From the NCBI RefSeq assembly GCF_009914755.1, contig NC_060929.1: a DNA stretch of 64,000 nt, one strand, 5' to 3'. Position 1 is the stretch's first letter. The number at the start of each line of letters is the position of its first letter. Position numbers and translations under genes: made by a program. The notes under the pieces were generated by a model. The model was not told the DNA's origin. It was given only the letters and a program-made list of their open reading frames with translations, and did no database searches. Positions 28,801 to 43,050 of the stretch are shown one piece after another. Source of the stretch: the human T2T-CHM13v2.0 reference genome, Homo sapiens.

Positions 28801-29379
28801 AAGTTTCCATTTTTAAAAAATCCTTGCATGTTTGTGCAGTTTAAAGAAACCTACCCCTGCTTTTATTAAGAAAATAAAACCAAAAAAATGCTACATTGAG
28901 CAGGGATCGGGATCGGTACCTGTAAACATTGTTATTCCACTGCATCCATTACGGCAAAAGGAATTTACACAAAAAGAGGCCACACCATTCAGTTCAGAAC
29001 ATCTGTGCTGGTTTTGAGCTGGTGGCCTCTGTCTACAGGTTTTAAAATTGGGAGTGAGGGCAGTGGGGAACACAAAAGAATAGAAAAAGAAGGGAGTGGG
29101 GAAGAGGTATTGGGAGATGAGGAAGAGAGAAGCAGAGCTTAAAGCTGCACCACAGAGTTCAATCTTAGTTCCCAACTCTGCTGATCATAGTTCATTTCCA
29201 CATTTATGGATTGAAAAATGAAAATACTCTTGATAAATCAAGATATAGTTCTATACATACTGACATCACTGATGTCATAGTGAGAAAGGTTCAAACTTCC
29301 AGTGAAAGACTATGCAAACCTGATAGCTCCCCTCAAGTTTACTGGTGCTGCACACGCAGTTCCGGGATCCTCACTCAGG
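25850..29379 (-). other. MIER3: MIER3 3' UTR (~3.5 kb)
   Basis: Repeat-free AT-rich region from the stop codon to AATAAA. Confidence 0.8.
25870..25875 (-). terminator. MIER3 distal poly(A) signal AATAAA
   Basis: TTTATT on +; on - it is followed by a T/GT-rich tract. Confidence 0.75.
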
Positions 29380-29837
29380 TCACTCAGAGTGTAGGGCCGC
29401 GTGCTGATGCAGAGCATGGGCACTGATGAAACCATTGGTCTCGTTGGCAGAGAGACTGCCAAAGTCAGCCACAGAAACAGCCATTTTGGCACTGGTGATG
29501 TGATGTGTGTGATTTTCAAAGTCCACACCCAGGTTATTTACAGAAACTTCATTCATAAAGGATTCAGGGACGGCAATGCCCATTTTCAATCTTTTTGCTG
29601 GTCTCTCTGACTCTTCACTGCACATGTTCATAGGGTTTAGCTCCGAGTGATAAAATCCAGTCTCAAATAAATTAAAACAATCACTTTCCCCATTGCTGGG
29701 CAGGGTGAGTAACTCTTCTGTTACAACAGGCACATGATTAACTTGTCCACGGGGTGTGTTGCCCAGTGGAGGAAAGCTATCATCCAAACAATTCACATCT
29801 GTGGGGTCGCAGACGGTTGCTACACTGTTGGTCAAAG
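29380..29837 (-). CDS. MIER3: MIER3 exon 13 coding part ([12 protein letters not shown]...RPAKRLK...HAALHSE*)
   Basis: ttttAG acceptor; 458 nt; NLS-like PAKRLK; spliced CDS totals 1653 nt. Confidence 0.96.
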
Positions 29838-29942
29838 CTAAAAAGGAATGGAAAATTGTTTAAGTAAGTGGTCCTATGACATCAAACAGAGGACACAATT
29901 TTGCAACAAACTGTACTAAATGCAGAAAGGTCTTCATTTTAC

Positions 29943-30085
29943 CTGTCAAGTCACTGGCAGTGAAGGAGTTGAGAATGTTTAGCTGTTGATCAGGAATAGG
30001 CTCAGGCCGGTTAGAAGTTAAGGCTGAAGCATTTACCGTCCCACCCAAAGCTTCTGTTTCATCTACTAAACGATCCATATAGTCC
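29943..30085 (-). CDS. MIER3: MIER3 exon 12 ([11 protein letters not shown]...TASDLT)
   Basis: ttcAG acceptor, G|GTAAAA donor, 143 nt. Confidence 0.95.
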
Positions 30086-30165
30086 CTGAAAAACACACCC
30101 CAGTAATTTTATGACTATATATTACAGTTAAAAGTAAGTCTTTGAAGGCAAGGCCACAGTACTTA

Positions 30166-30294
<129 letters not shown>

Positions 30295-30640
30295 CTAATG
30301 AAAAAGTTGAATTTTTAAAAAACCAACAAACTCAACCATTTTTTTAAGCAACTTTTCTTTTCCACAACACTACAACTTCAATCCATGGGTCTTATTTTCC
30401 CATTATATAGTTCTGAACACTTTTAATAAATTATAAAGTTCTGAACACTTTGATTAGTGGAATGCCTTTACATTTAATAATGAGGCCATTTTCGAAAGCC
30501 CAAGGTTTTTTTTTTAAAAAAATCAGAATGTATTAGTTTATAAAACAAGTGTGTATCCAGAAATTATCTTACACCTTCACTGAAAATCTTAAACACTAGC
30601 ATTCTTTACTTTTCTTTACTGAGCTCTGTGATTTTGACTA

Positions 30641-30810
30641 CAGTGAGGGTTCTTAACTTTGGATTAACTAACCCCTGAGGGGTCCATAAATGGATTTCAT
30701 TGAGATCTATTAATTCACAAAATTATATTTAGGTATATTTTTCTGGAGAGAAGGAATGCAGCCTCATCAGATTTGAGTTCCACTTTCCAAAAGAGATTAA
30801 GAACCCCTGG
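30641..30810. mobile_element. Short hAT-type non-autonomous DNA transposon
   Basis: Inverted ends GGGTTCTTAA (~30647) and TTAAGAACCC (~30797). Confidence 0.5.
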
Positions 30811-31479
30811 CAAATGGACCAACGGTCTACAGCATCTGGAATTTAAGATGACTTGCTAGCTAAAGGCAGGGCTTTCTCCCTCCAGTATGTTTGGTTTTTA
30901 GATCCAACAGATTTTGGAAACAACAACAATAAAATTTGAGCCTCACCACCTTGGCTCCACACCCAAACCAGGGTTCCTCTAACCACATACAGCCACAGAT
31001 ATGAATTCAGATGTATGAACAAAATTCTTCATCCTTATCCAATAAATGCTTTCTCCCTTGCTTAATCAGTACCCGATAAAGAAGTTTCAGTATCTCTAAC
31101 CTGACTCCTGAGTAAGTTGTGATATAAGATTACTAATATGGGAATAAGCTTTTTAAACCAAGAAATACAGTATACCTTTCAATAAACATCATTAACTATA
31201 AGTCTTCGCAGAGAATGCAGGCTTCGTGGGGCTACAGACCTTTTCTGTCTTATTCACTGTTGTATCTCTAGTGCCTAAAACAATGTCTGGTAAGTGAAGT
31301 GGAAGGACATAACTGTTTACGGAATGAATGGATAGAGTAAATTTCATAAGTCATTACAAAACTGATGGTTTTTTTTACTTAAAAGGACAATCCAGACTTC
31401 TTTAAAAATGTCTTAAATTATACGCTTTATCTCATCTTTGAGAAACATTAGATTTTCAAACATACAGAAAGTGTGAAAT

Positions 31480-33680
31480 TTTCAACATCAATACTGGAAG
31501 GTCTAGCTAATGCAGTAAGACAAGAAAAAGAAATAAAAAGTATACAGATTGGGAAGGAAGAAATAAAACTGTCTCTGTTTACAGGTGACATGACTGTCTA
31601 CGTAGAAAACTCCAAAGAATCAACAAAAAATCGCCTGTAACTAATAAGCACTTACAGCAAAGTTTCAGGAGACAAGGTTAATACACAAAAGTCAACTGCT
31701 TTCCTATATAACAGCAATGACGATTGAAATTTGAAATTTAAAACACAAGACCGTTTACATTAGCACCCCAAAATTAAAATACTTGGGTATAAATATAACA
31801 AAATATATGCAAAATCTGTATGAGAAAAACTACCAAACTCTGATTAAAGAAATCAAAGAAGAACTTAACGAAGAAATATTCTATGTTCATGGATAAGAAG
31901 ACACTTCATTGTTAAGACGTCAGTTCTTCCTAGCTTGATCTACCGATTTAGCACAAACCCAATCAAAATCCCAGCAAGTTATTTTGTGGGTATCAACAAA
32001 CTAATTTTATATGGAAAGGCAAAATACCCAGAATAGCCAACATAGTATTACGAAAAGATAAAATCAAAGTACTGACAGTCCCCAACTTCAAGATTTACTA
32101 TAAAGCTATAGTAATCAAGACAGTATGGTATTGGGGGGGTGGGGAAAGACAAATAGATTAAAGGAACAGAAGAGAGAGCCCAGAAATACACCCCACGGGT
32201 ACAGTCAACTGATCTTTAACCAAAGAACAAAGGCAATTCCATGGAGGAAGAATGTCTTTTCCACAAATGATGCTAGTACAACTGGACATCCACATAAAAA
32301 AAAAGAGAAATGAATCTAGACATAGACCTTACTCCTTTCAAAAATTAACTCAAAATGGATTACAGACCTAAATGTAAATGCAAAACTATAAAGCTCTTAG
32401 AAGACAACAGTAGAAAATCTAGGTGACCTTAGGTTTGGCAATGATTTTTTTAAATAAAATGCTAAAAGTGTGAACAATCAGATGAAATTCTAAGTTGGAC
32501 ATAATTAAAATTAAAAACTTTTACTCTGCAAACACACTGGCAAGGGAATAAAAAGACAAGCCTCAAAATGGAAGAAAATATTTGCAAAACATGTATCTAA
32601 TAAAGGACTAGAATCCAAAATATACAAATAACTCCTTAAACTCAACAAGAATACAAACCACCCAATTAAAATCTGGGCAAAAAATCTGAATGAACACCTG
32701 AAAAAAAAACACACAAATGGCAAATAAGCATAAGAAAAGATGGTCAACATCATCCTCATGAGGGAATTACAAATTAAAACAATAAAGAGATGGCATTAAA
32801 AACTATTACAGTGGTGAAATCCAAAACACTGACACCACGAAATGCTGGTGAAGATGTAGAGCAATAGAACTCATTCATTACTGCTGGAAATACTAAATGG
32901 AAGACAGTTTGGCAGTTTCATGCAAAATAAACACATTTTCACCATTCTATCCTGTAATCCTTACTCCTTCGTATTTGGACAAATGAATTGAAAACCTACA
33001 TCCACATAAAAACCTGCACATGAATATTTATAGCTTTAATGATAATTGCCAAAACTTGGAAGCAACCAAGGTATCCTCTAACAGGTAAGTGAATAAATAC
33101 ACTGGTACATCCATATAATGGAATACTATTCAGTGATTAAAAAAAAGAATGAGCTATCAAGCCTCAAAACAAACACAAACAAACAAAAAACCCCATGGTG
33201 AAAACTTAAATGCATATTGCTAAGTCAAAGAAGCCAATCTGAAAAGGCTGCATACTGTATAATTCCAACTATATGACATTCTGAAATGGCAACAGTACAG
33301 ACAATAAAAAGATCAATGGCTGCTAGAAGTTGTTAGGGAGGAGGGGGAAGGGACAGAGGGAAGAATAAAACATGAGATTTTCAGGTCAGTGAAGCTACTC
33401 TGTATGATACTGTACTGGTGGATATATATCATTATATATTTGCCAAAATCAATGGAATGTACAACATGAAGAGCGAACCTTAATGTAAACTATGGACTTT
33501 AATTAATAATAATGTATCAATATTGGCTCATTAATTTTAACAAATGTACCACACTATTAATAATAAAAGATATAATAATAACTATAGGAGTGGAAGGGAC
33601 ATAAGGCAACTCAATACTTTCTGGTTAACTTTGCTGTAAACCTGAAACTGCTCTAAAAACTAAAGTCCATTAGCTTTTAT
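31480..33680 (+). mobile_element. L1MC-like element (ORF2 3' part plus 3' UTR) in MIER3 intron 10
   Basis: Continuous L1 similarity, e.g. GGGAAGGAAGAAATAAAACTGTCTCTGTTTACAGGTGACATGA and GAAGCCAATCTGAAAAGGCTGCATACTG. Confidence 0.88.
31585..31795 (+). other. SETD9: Probable alternative terminal exon of SETD9 exapted from L1 (adds ...KQR*)
   Basis: CTGTCTCTGTTTACAG|GTGA acceptor; exon 5 AG plus G gives Arg, then TGA; ATTAAA at 31773-31778. Fits my unverified recollection of a ~271-aa SETD9 isoform ending here. Confidence 0.55.
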
Positions 33681-33814
33681 AAAAGCATAAAATACTGAGC
33701 TACCCACCAAAATGCTTCAGAACCCTGCCTTCCTTTAGGATGAAAAGAGGAAATAAACAGAGCATATTTTAATGAGAATTATTCCAAACTATTCTAATGA
33801 ACATACATATGTAT

Positions 33815-34625
33815 TTTGAATAGACTTTAGTTTTTAAGAGTAGTTTGAGGTTCACAGCAGAACTGAGCAGAAAGTAGAGAGTTCCTATATATCCTGAAGT
33901 TCTACTTTCAACATCCTACATTGGAGTAGTATATCTGTTAAAAAAATCAATGTACCTACACTGACACATCAACACGCAAAGACCATGGTTTACATTAGGG
34001 TTTACTCTTGATGATGTACATTCTATGGGTTTTGACAAATGTGTAATTACATGTCTCTATCATTACAGTATCATCATACAGGGTAGTTTCATTGCCCTGA
34101 AAATGGTCTGTGCTCTGCCTATTCACTTCTCCCTCCTGCCTCGGCCCTGGCACCAGTGATCTTTTTATTGTTTCCATAGTTTTGCTTTTTTCAGAATATC
34201 ATATATTTGGAAAGCTACAGTATAGAGTCTTTTCAGATTGGCTTCCTTCACTTAATAATATGCATTTAGGATTTCACATGTCTCCTTGCGGCTTGTTAGC
34301 TCAATTTTTTTAGTGCTGAATAATAGTCCAGTTCTGGAGGTGCCACACTTTGTTTATCCTTTCACCTCAAAGGACATACAGGTTCCTTCCAAGTTTTAGC
34401 AATTATGATGAAAGCTGCTATAAACACTTTTGTGTGGACATAAGTTTTCAACGCATTTGGGTAAATGCCAAGGAACAGGATTATTTAATTATACGGTAAG
34501 AGTATGGTTGGTATTATAAGAAACTTCCAAGCTATCTTCCAACGTGGCCGTACCACTTTGCATTCCTACAGGCAATGAATAAGAGTTCCTGTTGCTTCCC
34601 ATCCTTACCAGCATTTGGTGGTGTT
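33815..34625 (-). mobile_element. L1MC-like 3' fragment, opposite orientation
   Basis: Reverse complement of an L1MC 3' UTR (TTTTCAGATTGGCTTCCTTCACTTA...; GAGTTCCTGTTGCT...CCTTACCAGCATTTGGTG). Confidence 0.85.
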
Positions 34626-35023
34626 AGAATATGTTTCTAGTTGTTTTAGTAACAATGTTTCTTCCTTCAGCAACAGCTACTCTCACTGCTGAAGAGAAAT
34701 TATTTTGAGGCCACAAACCTCTGAATGGCTTGATAAGAAAGGAAAGTCAAGGAGAAATGAGAGTTAGACTTCCTAAAAAATACAGTGAGTCCACTTTCTG
34801 TGTCAACTGTTTATGTGAAAAGATATGTGAATATACTATCAGCCATTCCATAAGCAGGCTGTGGCATCTCTGAGCAAATTAGTCATGTTAGAATGATATC
34901 TGAAATGCTATTGGCAAGGGAACATTAGTAAGTTGTTCTTTTTTCCTACTTAAGTGACTTATAAATTAGTTGCTTACATTCACTGTAACTAGTAATTTAT
35001 CTGTACTAATCTGCCTAATTTAC

Positions 35024-35118
35024 CTTATTCTTCTGTATAAGATGAAAATCTTTTCCAAAAAGCATGAGTGCATGTTCAAAGCTTCGGCATTCTTCTTCCG
35101 TCCATGCAGTCATTCCTT
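35024..35118 (-). CDS. MIER3: MIER3 exon 10 ([37 protein letters not shown]-terminal half)
   Basis: TAG/AAG tandem acceptor, AAG|GTAAAT donor, 95 nt. Confidence 0.96.
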
Positions 35119-35212
35119 CTAAGAAAAATTTTAAAATAAAATTCATGGGCCCCCAAATTTTCTTATGTGAATCACTGATTTTCAGTATGTTTTCCCTGTA
35201 AAAGGTCACAAA

Positions 35213-35236
35213 CTCTCTCTCTCACACACACACACA

Positions 35237-35276
<40 letters not shown>

Positions 35277-35292
35277 CTCTCTCTCTCTCTCT
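35213..35292. repeat. Compound (CT)n(CA)n(CT)n(CA)n(CT)n microsatellite
   Basis: Read directly. Confidence 0.95.
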
Positions 35293-35550
35293 GTATGCAG
35301 GAGATTTCAGTTAGAATTACCAAAAGCATGCATACTACAGTTCAAGTCTAGAATACAAAAATATAAACACTGCTTTTTTTCCACTACATTATGGGATGAG
35401 AATTTAAGTTTTCTATAACATGCCTGTTTTTCTGATTAAAAAAAATTTTTTTAAACAATGAGCGTATTTTTCAATTAGAAAAAAAAACTCTACCTCCTTT
35501 ATTGGGGGAAAGAAGCTCTGTTTTGGTCTTACTTCAAAACCACAAGTTCT

Positions 35551-35850
35551 AGCCAGGTGCGGTGGCTCATGCCTGTAATCCCAGCACTTTGGGAGGCCAG
35601 CGCAGGAGGATCACTTGAGCCCAGGAGTTTGAAATCAGCATGGGCAACATGGAAAAACCCTGTCTTTACAAAAAAACAAACTAGCCAGGCGTGGTGGCGG
35701 GCACCTATAGTTCCGGCTACTTGGGAAGCTGAGGTGGGAGGATCACCTGAGCCCACGAGATCAAGGCTATACTAAGCTGTGATCATGCCACTGCCCTCCA
35801 GCCTGGGAGACAGAGTGAGACCCTGTCTCAAAAAAGACAAAAAACAAAAC
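35551..35850 (+). mobile_element. AluJ
   Basis: Alu consensus with J-type GCCCAGGAG; flanking AAAACCACAA repeats. Confidence 0.93.
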
Positions 35851-36928
35851 CACAAATTCTTTAATTAGAGACCATAAGTAAAGCATAATCAACACATATT
35901 TATTTGAAATTGGTGTGTGGAGTGCTATACTCTGGAAATATAAAGGAAATAAGAAACAGTCCATGCTCTCAAAATAATAAATCCCATTCAATTTCCCAGC
36001 AGATGTTAATGTTGGTGAATTCCGTATCTACTTGGGGCAGAGACCTGGAAGGTCTTCAAAGAGTCACAGCCTAGACTTAAGATTAGTTATTACTCATCTG
36101 TATCTCTGAAGTGTCTCATTTGACATGGGAGACCAGGTCCCCAAAGCCATTAATAGCAGTCCGTAATAAAGGTGAAAAATAGTTTGAACTAAGGAAGAAA
36201 CCAGTACTTTGAGAGTTTTGAGAGCCTAAAATAATTTTTTTTCAAAGAAGCAGCTTTTCTAAGGGAGACATTTTAATAGACTATCTCAATTCATAAGTTT
36301 AAATGTATTATTTTTAGTTTTAATACCTTCCCAAGTCATCTAGTAATATTACTAAGTATTATTTTCATTCTACACATATTTAATGAAAGCTATGGTGCAT
36401 GCAATCCATTTATATAATGACAAAAAATACTGAAATAGAAGTTAACCATTTTCCTTGACACACACAAAACATAAGAACTATAAAATGTTATTACATGATT
36501 ACTAAAAATACAATTCTTGAAATAAATTCAGCGGAATATATTATACATGTTTCTTTTTTAATCTTTAATCTCCTTTTCATTTCCTGTCTGGCTGAAAAAA
36601 AAAAAGAAAAAATCTTTTTTTCAATGAAATCATAAAACCATTCTTTTTAATTACTTTGGACATATTGTCATGTCTGGGGTCTGCTTTGTTCTGTAACTAT
36701 TTCTTCCAGAAAGTAGAGGTGGCAGGGGGGTGACTAATTTGTGTTTGAACAGTCTCTGATACATCTAAAAATAGAGTGCAAGAAAAGGAAAAATTATTTG
36801 CTATGGAGCTGAACCAGATCTTACAAAAGTGTTACAGGATTGCTCTGCCCCTTAGGATACTTTGCTTATTCTGATCCCCAAATGACCATCCCTGTCATGT
36901 CCCTCTCTTAAACCCAAGTGTTTCTTAC

Positions 36929-37010
36929 CTTGAGAGGCCTTTCCATTGCAGCAGTATCTTTCGATTGCTTCCTTTATATTGTGGTTACACTTGAGAAGTT
37001 CATATAATGC
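36929..37010 (-). CDS. MIER3: MIER3 exon 9 ([27 protein letters not shown], end of ELM2)
   Basis: cccAG acceptor, G|GTAAGA donor, 82 nt. Confidence 0.95.
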
Positions 37011-37687
37011 CTGGGATGGATATTCAATAAAAAGTATTAAAAGTTCATACCTAACAGCATTTTAAAAAACAGGTGTAAGAGTTTTGATAAATATTGGAGT
37101 CTTGATAAACACTGAAATCCTCTCTAATTTCAGGGCATTTGAAGGTATATTTGCCCAAGCATTTAGTCTATATAACTATCATGCAGATTGACTCTGGTAC
37201 CATGTGAGTTTGTTCATCCTCATGCTACCTCTCAGAAGTCACCTGCCTGTATCATTCTTGACTTTTTTTAAAAACAAACAAATAAAAACACTAGGTCTAA
37301 GATTAGAGTTTCCCCTATTTTAGATGTTTCTTTTTCTAGTTTGGAAAAATTAGTTACAGTCTGTCCCTTGATGTCATTTCCTCCCTGTCTCTTTTAGTTT
37401 TAATATAAGGGAACAGCAGCAGGCCTGGAATAATAGGCATGGCACTTCAGACTAGGATTATAACGGTCTCCGTTATTTCCATCTACTATGAAAGGTGCCA
37501 CTTTTAAAAATTAGAATATATTCCTATTAAATCTGCTTGGAATTATGAACATAATAAACAGGAATAACAGAATTCAATTGAAAGTTAAATAATCTATCTA
37601 CCTTCCCAAGTAAGTTTTAAGGAAGTGAAGATGGTTCAATATTAGGAAAACTTTTAATATATCAATAGCCTACATTTAAAAAAATCA

Positions 37688-37775
37688 TCTCTGAGCTAAT
37701 TACCCTGATCTGATCACTATACATTATGTGTATCAAGACATCACTGTGTACCTAAATATGTAAAATTAAATTTTA
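37688..37775 (+). mobile_element. Very short L1MA-like 3' end insertion
   Basis: GCTAATTACCCTGATCTGATCACTATACATTATGTGTATC is an L1 3' terminus; flanked by ATTTAAAAAAATCA at 37674-37687 and 37776-37789. Confidence 0.65.
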
Positions 37776-38208
37776 ATTTAAAAAAATCAAATCAACAGCT
37801 GCTTAAAAAGTATCTGATATTCATTTCTAATTTTAAAAAGAAAAAACCCATAATAGTTATAAATAGATGGATATTATCTTGCTGTAATAAAGACAGTAGA
37901 ACCAAGGATCAGTATTATTCTTAATGTAAAAACCTTAGATGTATTACTTCCACCAAAAGCAGGCACCAAATCACTGTTATTACCAAATATCTCAGAGTTA
38001 CAGCTAATGCATTAAGACATAAAGCAGGAATAATAATGGTAAGGAAGGAACAAAAGTGTAATTTAATAATGACCCGAAAACCAGAAAACCACTCCATAAA
38101 TGTATGCAATTATGAGGTGTCAAAAATTATATTACCAATAAATTTTTTAAAAAGCAAACTAGAAAACCTGAGAAACACCTGAAAGAGTCAAGTAGTTTCA
38201 ACAGTTTA

Positions 38209-38672
<464 letters not shown>

Positions 38673-39510
38673 TTAATTCTTCTAAAATTAATATAGACTT
38701 GAAATATCAATACAAAAACCCAATGGGATTTCTTTTTGACAGCTAGTATGACTTCCCTATGTTACTTCAGAATTCAAGTTTGTGTCTGCCTACCTCTGAA
38801 TACTTATTAGTCAGGGTTGGTGATTCTCAGTGATAAAGGCATATGAAAGAAGCAGAATGATGTCAGAGGGGCAAAACTTAGGGGTATTCGAAAAGCTTAA
38901 TAGGCAATGTTCCCATCCCCCATCCCACATGTGATCAGGAGAGTATTCTGAATCTACAGGTACACAAGCGCTTAACAAATGCTCCTAAGTCAAATTTATA
39001 TAGTCTTAATAGACATTACTTTTTAATCACTTCCTAAATAAAGTTGAGAATAATTCAAAGAATACACTTATAAAATCTAAAAGTCCAACCACAGAGAATG
39101 TTTAAATAAATGAATTACAAGTATAGGATAAGTACACAGTATGTTGAAATTTAGGGAAAAATTTTTTTTAAAAAGTATAGGATAGACTATACAGACATCA
39201 AGAATGAGGTATTAAATAATTCTCAATGGCAAAGGAGAATAAGATTAATTAATTAAAAGGATATAAAATGGCATCTCAAGGAAGACATATGTAAAGGTAT
39301 TTTTTTAAAGACCAGAAGAAAAGATACAAAACTACAGTGAAGTTATCTCTAGAACTCAAGGTTATGGTTTTTTAAACCAGTATTTTGCATATTTTAAAAC
39401 TCTTATCAGAAAAGATATCTACCTCACATGTTAAAAATATCTGTATCAAATATAAGAAATCAAGAAGATACTGTAAACTGGCTGCTGTTTCAACAGAAGC
39501 TGAAGTATAC

Positions 39511-39662
39511 CTGTTCATTGTCCCTTGTGTGTGTTCCTGCAGAAATCCTATCCATTATTTTTTCACTGCCAGTCCTTAATGAAGTCTCAACAAGGTATTC
39601 CTTAACTTTGCTCTCCAAAACCACATCAGGACACCAAAGTAACTGGTCTTCGTTTTCATATA
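39511..39662 (-). CDS. MIER3: MIER3 exon 8 ([13 protein letters not shown]...RDNEQ, ELM2)
   Basis: tttatcAG acceptor, CAG|GTATAC donor, 152 nt. Confidence 0.95.
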
Positions 39663-41689
39663 CTGATAAAGAAAATCCCATTAACACATTAAAAATCATG
39701 AACGCACTCAAAGATGTACACAAATAATTCTTTGTCTTCCTTGATTGGCTATCCAGTGGGACAAGTAAATAACTTTGAAGACACCAGTAATCCGATTATC
39801 CGTTAAGTAGGGCCTTTCACACACAAGCGAAAATTTAACTTTATTATAGGCCAAGGATTCCAGGGGCCAAAGCAAGTAGCTTTTTTGGTGGTTGGATATA
39901 CTGACCAATCTGAAGGCTCTCCATGCCTAGTAAAGTCTAATATAAAACCCCATAGTGGTTATCTTATACTCTTCTAATGAAGGGGCAAAAATAACCTGTG
40001 TAAATTCTCTAATAACCTCATTGGACTTTTCTCTTGAAATCCCTAAATTGCTCTATGAAATCTCTAGAGGTTCAAAATTGCAAATAAATAAAACCCAAAA
40101 TATCTGGTAATAAGGAAATACCTAAGAAGGGTATACTTTTTCTCCCAACAAGATAACTTTTATTTAAAGGAGAAAATAGATTAACCAAACCTCCCTAGGG
40201 AGGTTTTTGGGAAGAGGGAAACAGTAAGAAAAGTAAACTTTCCACAATCTCTTAAAGACACTGATATATTAATGAACAAAATGTCATTAAAACAAGTTTA
40301 TGTTTTATTAATGCACTCTGCCACTTTACTCAAAGCTTCTACTTTACACTATAAAGTAATATGAATGGCCCAAGTATTTAGTCCAGTGCTTCAAGTGCAA
40401 TCTGTTCTTCAAGTGCATAATAAATACTGACTATAGCTAATAAAAATAATTTACCGAGAACACACTACCAGATACCAGGGACCATGATAAGGGCATTATC
40501 ATCCCAACTGTAGGAGGCAGGCATTGTCATTGCCAGTTAGAAGGAAAGTTAAAAATAAAGTGTGCCTGTGAAGCAGTAAGACTTGACTTTTGAGAGAAGT
40601 TCCTAGAACTTTCTTTACTCTTTGGTCACAAGTGAAATAGGTAAAACAATTTGGGTTTATTCCCTCAAAAGACAGAGAAAGTACACCTTCCCTCCAATCT
40701 GCAGCACTGACAGAATATCACCTCTACTATGTGTGACCTAAGGACCTACAGTTGCTGAGTATGTACTTGGCTCAAAGGCCAAGTGTGGCATTTGGGTGGT
40801 GAGGTGAGAAGGCTGGCACATCTGAACATCATCAGCTATGTTTTGCTTCCCCTGGGATAACTGTCTTTTAACACTTTGAAAGCAGTTTAGGAAAACGGTG
40901 TTCCTAGTGGCTGCCATGGCTAACAACCCCAGGGTAACCACTCCTCCCCTCCTTTAAATGGAGGATGACCTGGCATGGAGGAAAGGAAAAAAGAAGGACT
41001 CAGGAAGTATTGTGTTGGGTGCTGCTTTTGCCCTTGTGACTTCACAAGGATAAATCAACTTAGGGAAAAGGCCAAACACCCATGGAAATATTCCCAAGTT
41101 CAACTAAGAAGGTTTACCTATATTTTTATATCCTACTACCTTATCCCCTCCATATTTTGAAAACCAACTACAGTTGGAATGCACCAAAAACATGAGGAAA
41201 AACTGATTACACATAATTAGGAGTATACAAGTGAAAGCAGATCCTTACATTTCACTTCCTGCTCTTTTGGGGCTGGGGAAGGAGAATTTCTTCCAGTCTC
41301 TTTTTCCCTCAAGAGTTTTCTTTCCAGAAGATTATATCTTAACATTCTCATTATCTCAGGTGATGAGATCCTACCCACTTCTACTGAAGCAGGATGAAGG
41401 CCAAGGTACAGCACCGTGGGAGGCTCCCCATTATTCGAACAGGCACTGAGCACACTGGCTAATAAGCACTATGTGTGCCTTGGGCAGGGTTGGGGGTGGG
41501 GGGAAACTCTGAGTCTAGTGATTAACTTTGATACATTTTTCCTAAGTCAGGCCTAAAAATCCTAACTCTGCATGTTTCCCAAATCTATCTATCTATTGCC
41601 AAGGCTGGTATAAAGCCAGATATTTAAATACACTTATCAAGTGGTAACCTTATCTACCAAACATTATCAAAATCAAAAGCTTTCCTTAC

Positions 41690-41762
41690 CTTTCTCATTA
41701 CCATCGTACTCTCCAAGATAAGGGGGAATCTCTGCCTGATATTGTAAACCAATCATTATTTC
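41690..41762 (-). CDS. MIER3: MIER3 exon 7 (EIMIGLQYQAEIPPYLGEYDGNEK, start of ELM2)
   Basis: ctgtAG acceptor, G|GTAAGG donor, 73 nt; ELM2 signature IxxGxxYQAxIP. Confidence 0.95.
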
Positions 41763-41927
41763 CTACAGGAAAATTGAGAGGTAAAAATAACTTATTAAAA
41801 AAAAAATACTGAAAAAAAGCCCCATATCATTAATCAGTTTCTACAAGTCAAAACAACAAAATTATCATAAATCATTTCAGAAATATTTTTAAAAGCCAAT
41901 TTAGTCCACTATATTAACTCAGCTTAC

Positions 41928-42013
41928 CTTCCTCAAATCTTCAGGTGAATTACCACTGTCTGTTTCAACATCTTCAACCTCTGATTCCTTATCACCATCA
42001 CATGCAGTATTTG
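41928..42013 (-). CDS. MIER3: MIER3 exon 6 ([29 protein letters not shown])
   Basis: ttttaAG acceptor, AAG|GTAAGC donor, 86 nt. Confidence 0.94.
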
Positions 42014-42148
42014 CTTAAAAGACAAAAATTAAAAAGGTTTTTACTGCCTATTTTTGCAGAACCTGGAAGAATGCCTGTTGTATTTTACAAAATGTTGTTA
42101 AATATGTGAGATCAGCATAAGTATACTAAACCACCTGCATGTTTCTCA

Positions 42149-42520
<372 letters not shown>

Positions 42521-42771
42521 CTATTAAATAGTTTGGGAGGTAAAAGGAAACCACTGTGGTCACCTTAAAAAGAAAGTAAAACACTGGAGTTCTGATTATA
42601 CTAATCCAGGAGATACACACACAGAGTTGCATATCAGGTCCATCAAAACTGTTTTTGTACACACACGAATGCATGGATATTTGAACTTATTGACCAAACA
42701 GTTCTTCTATCATAAAAATACCTAAAAAAAAAAAGTGAGATTGCATCTAAGAAATTATTTTAGTCCAAACA

Positions 42772-43050
42772 TTTTATTTATTTATTTTTAGAAACAGGGT
42801 CTCACTCTGTCACCCAGGCTGGAGAGCAGTAGCCTGTTCATGGCTCCCTGTGACCTCAAAGTCCTGAGCTTCAGTGATCCTCCTACCTCAGCCTCCCAGA
42901 TAGCTGGGACTACATGTGCATGCCACTATGCCCAGCTAAGTTTTTTATTTGAAAATTTTTTTGTAGAGACAGGGTCTTGCTATGTTACCCAGGGTGGTCT
43001 AGAACTCCTGGCCTAAAGTGATCCTCTCATCTCAGCCTCCCAAAGTGTTG
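42772..43050 (-). mobile_element. AluJ
   Basis: Diverged antisense Alu. Confidence 0.9.

Noticed and set aside
30409-30451. Direct repeat AGTTCTGAACACTTT x2
   Set aside because: Simple short local duplication in an intron with only two units.
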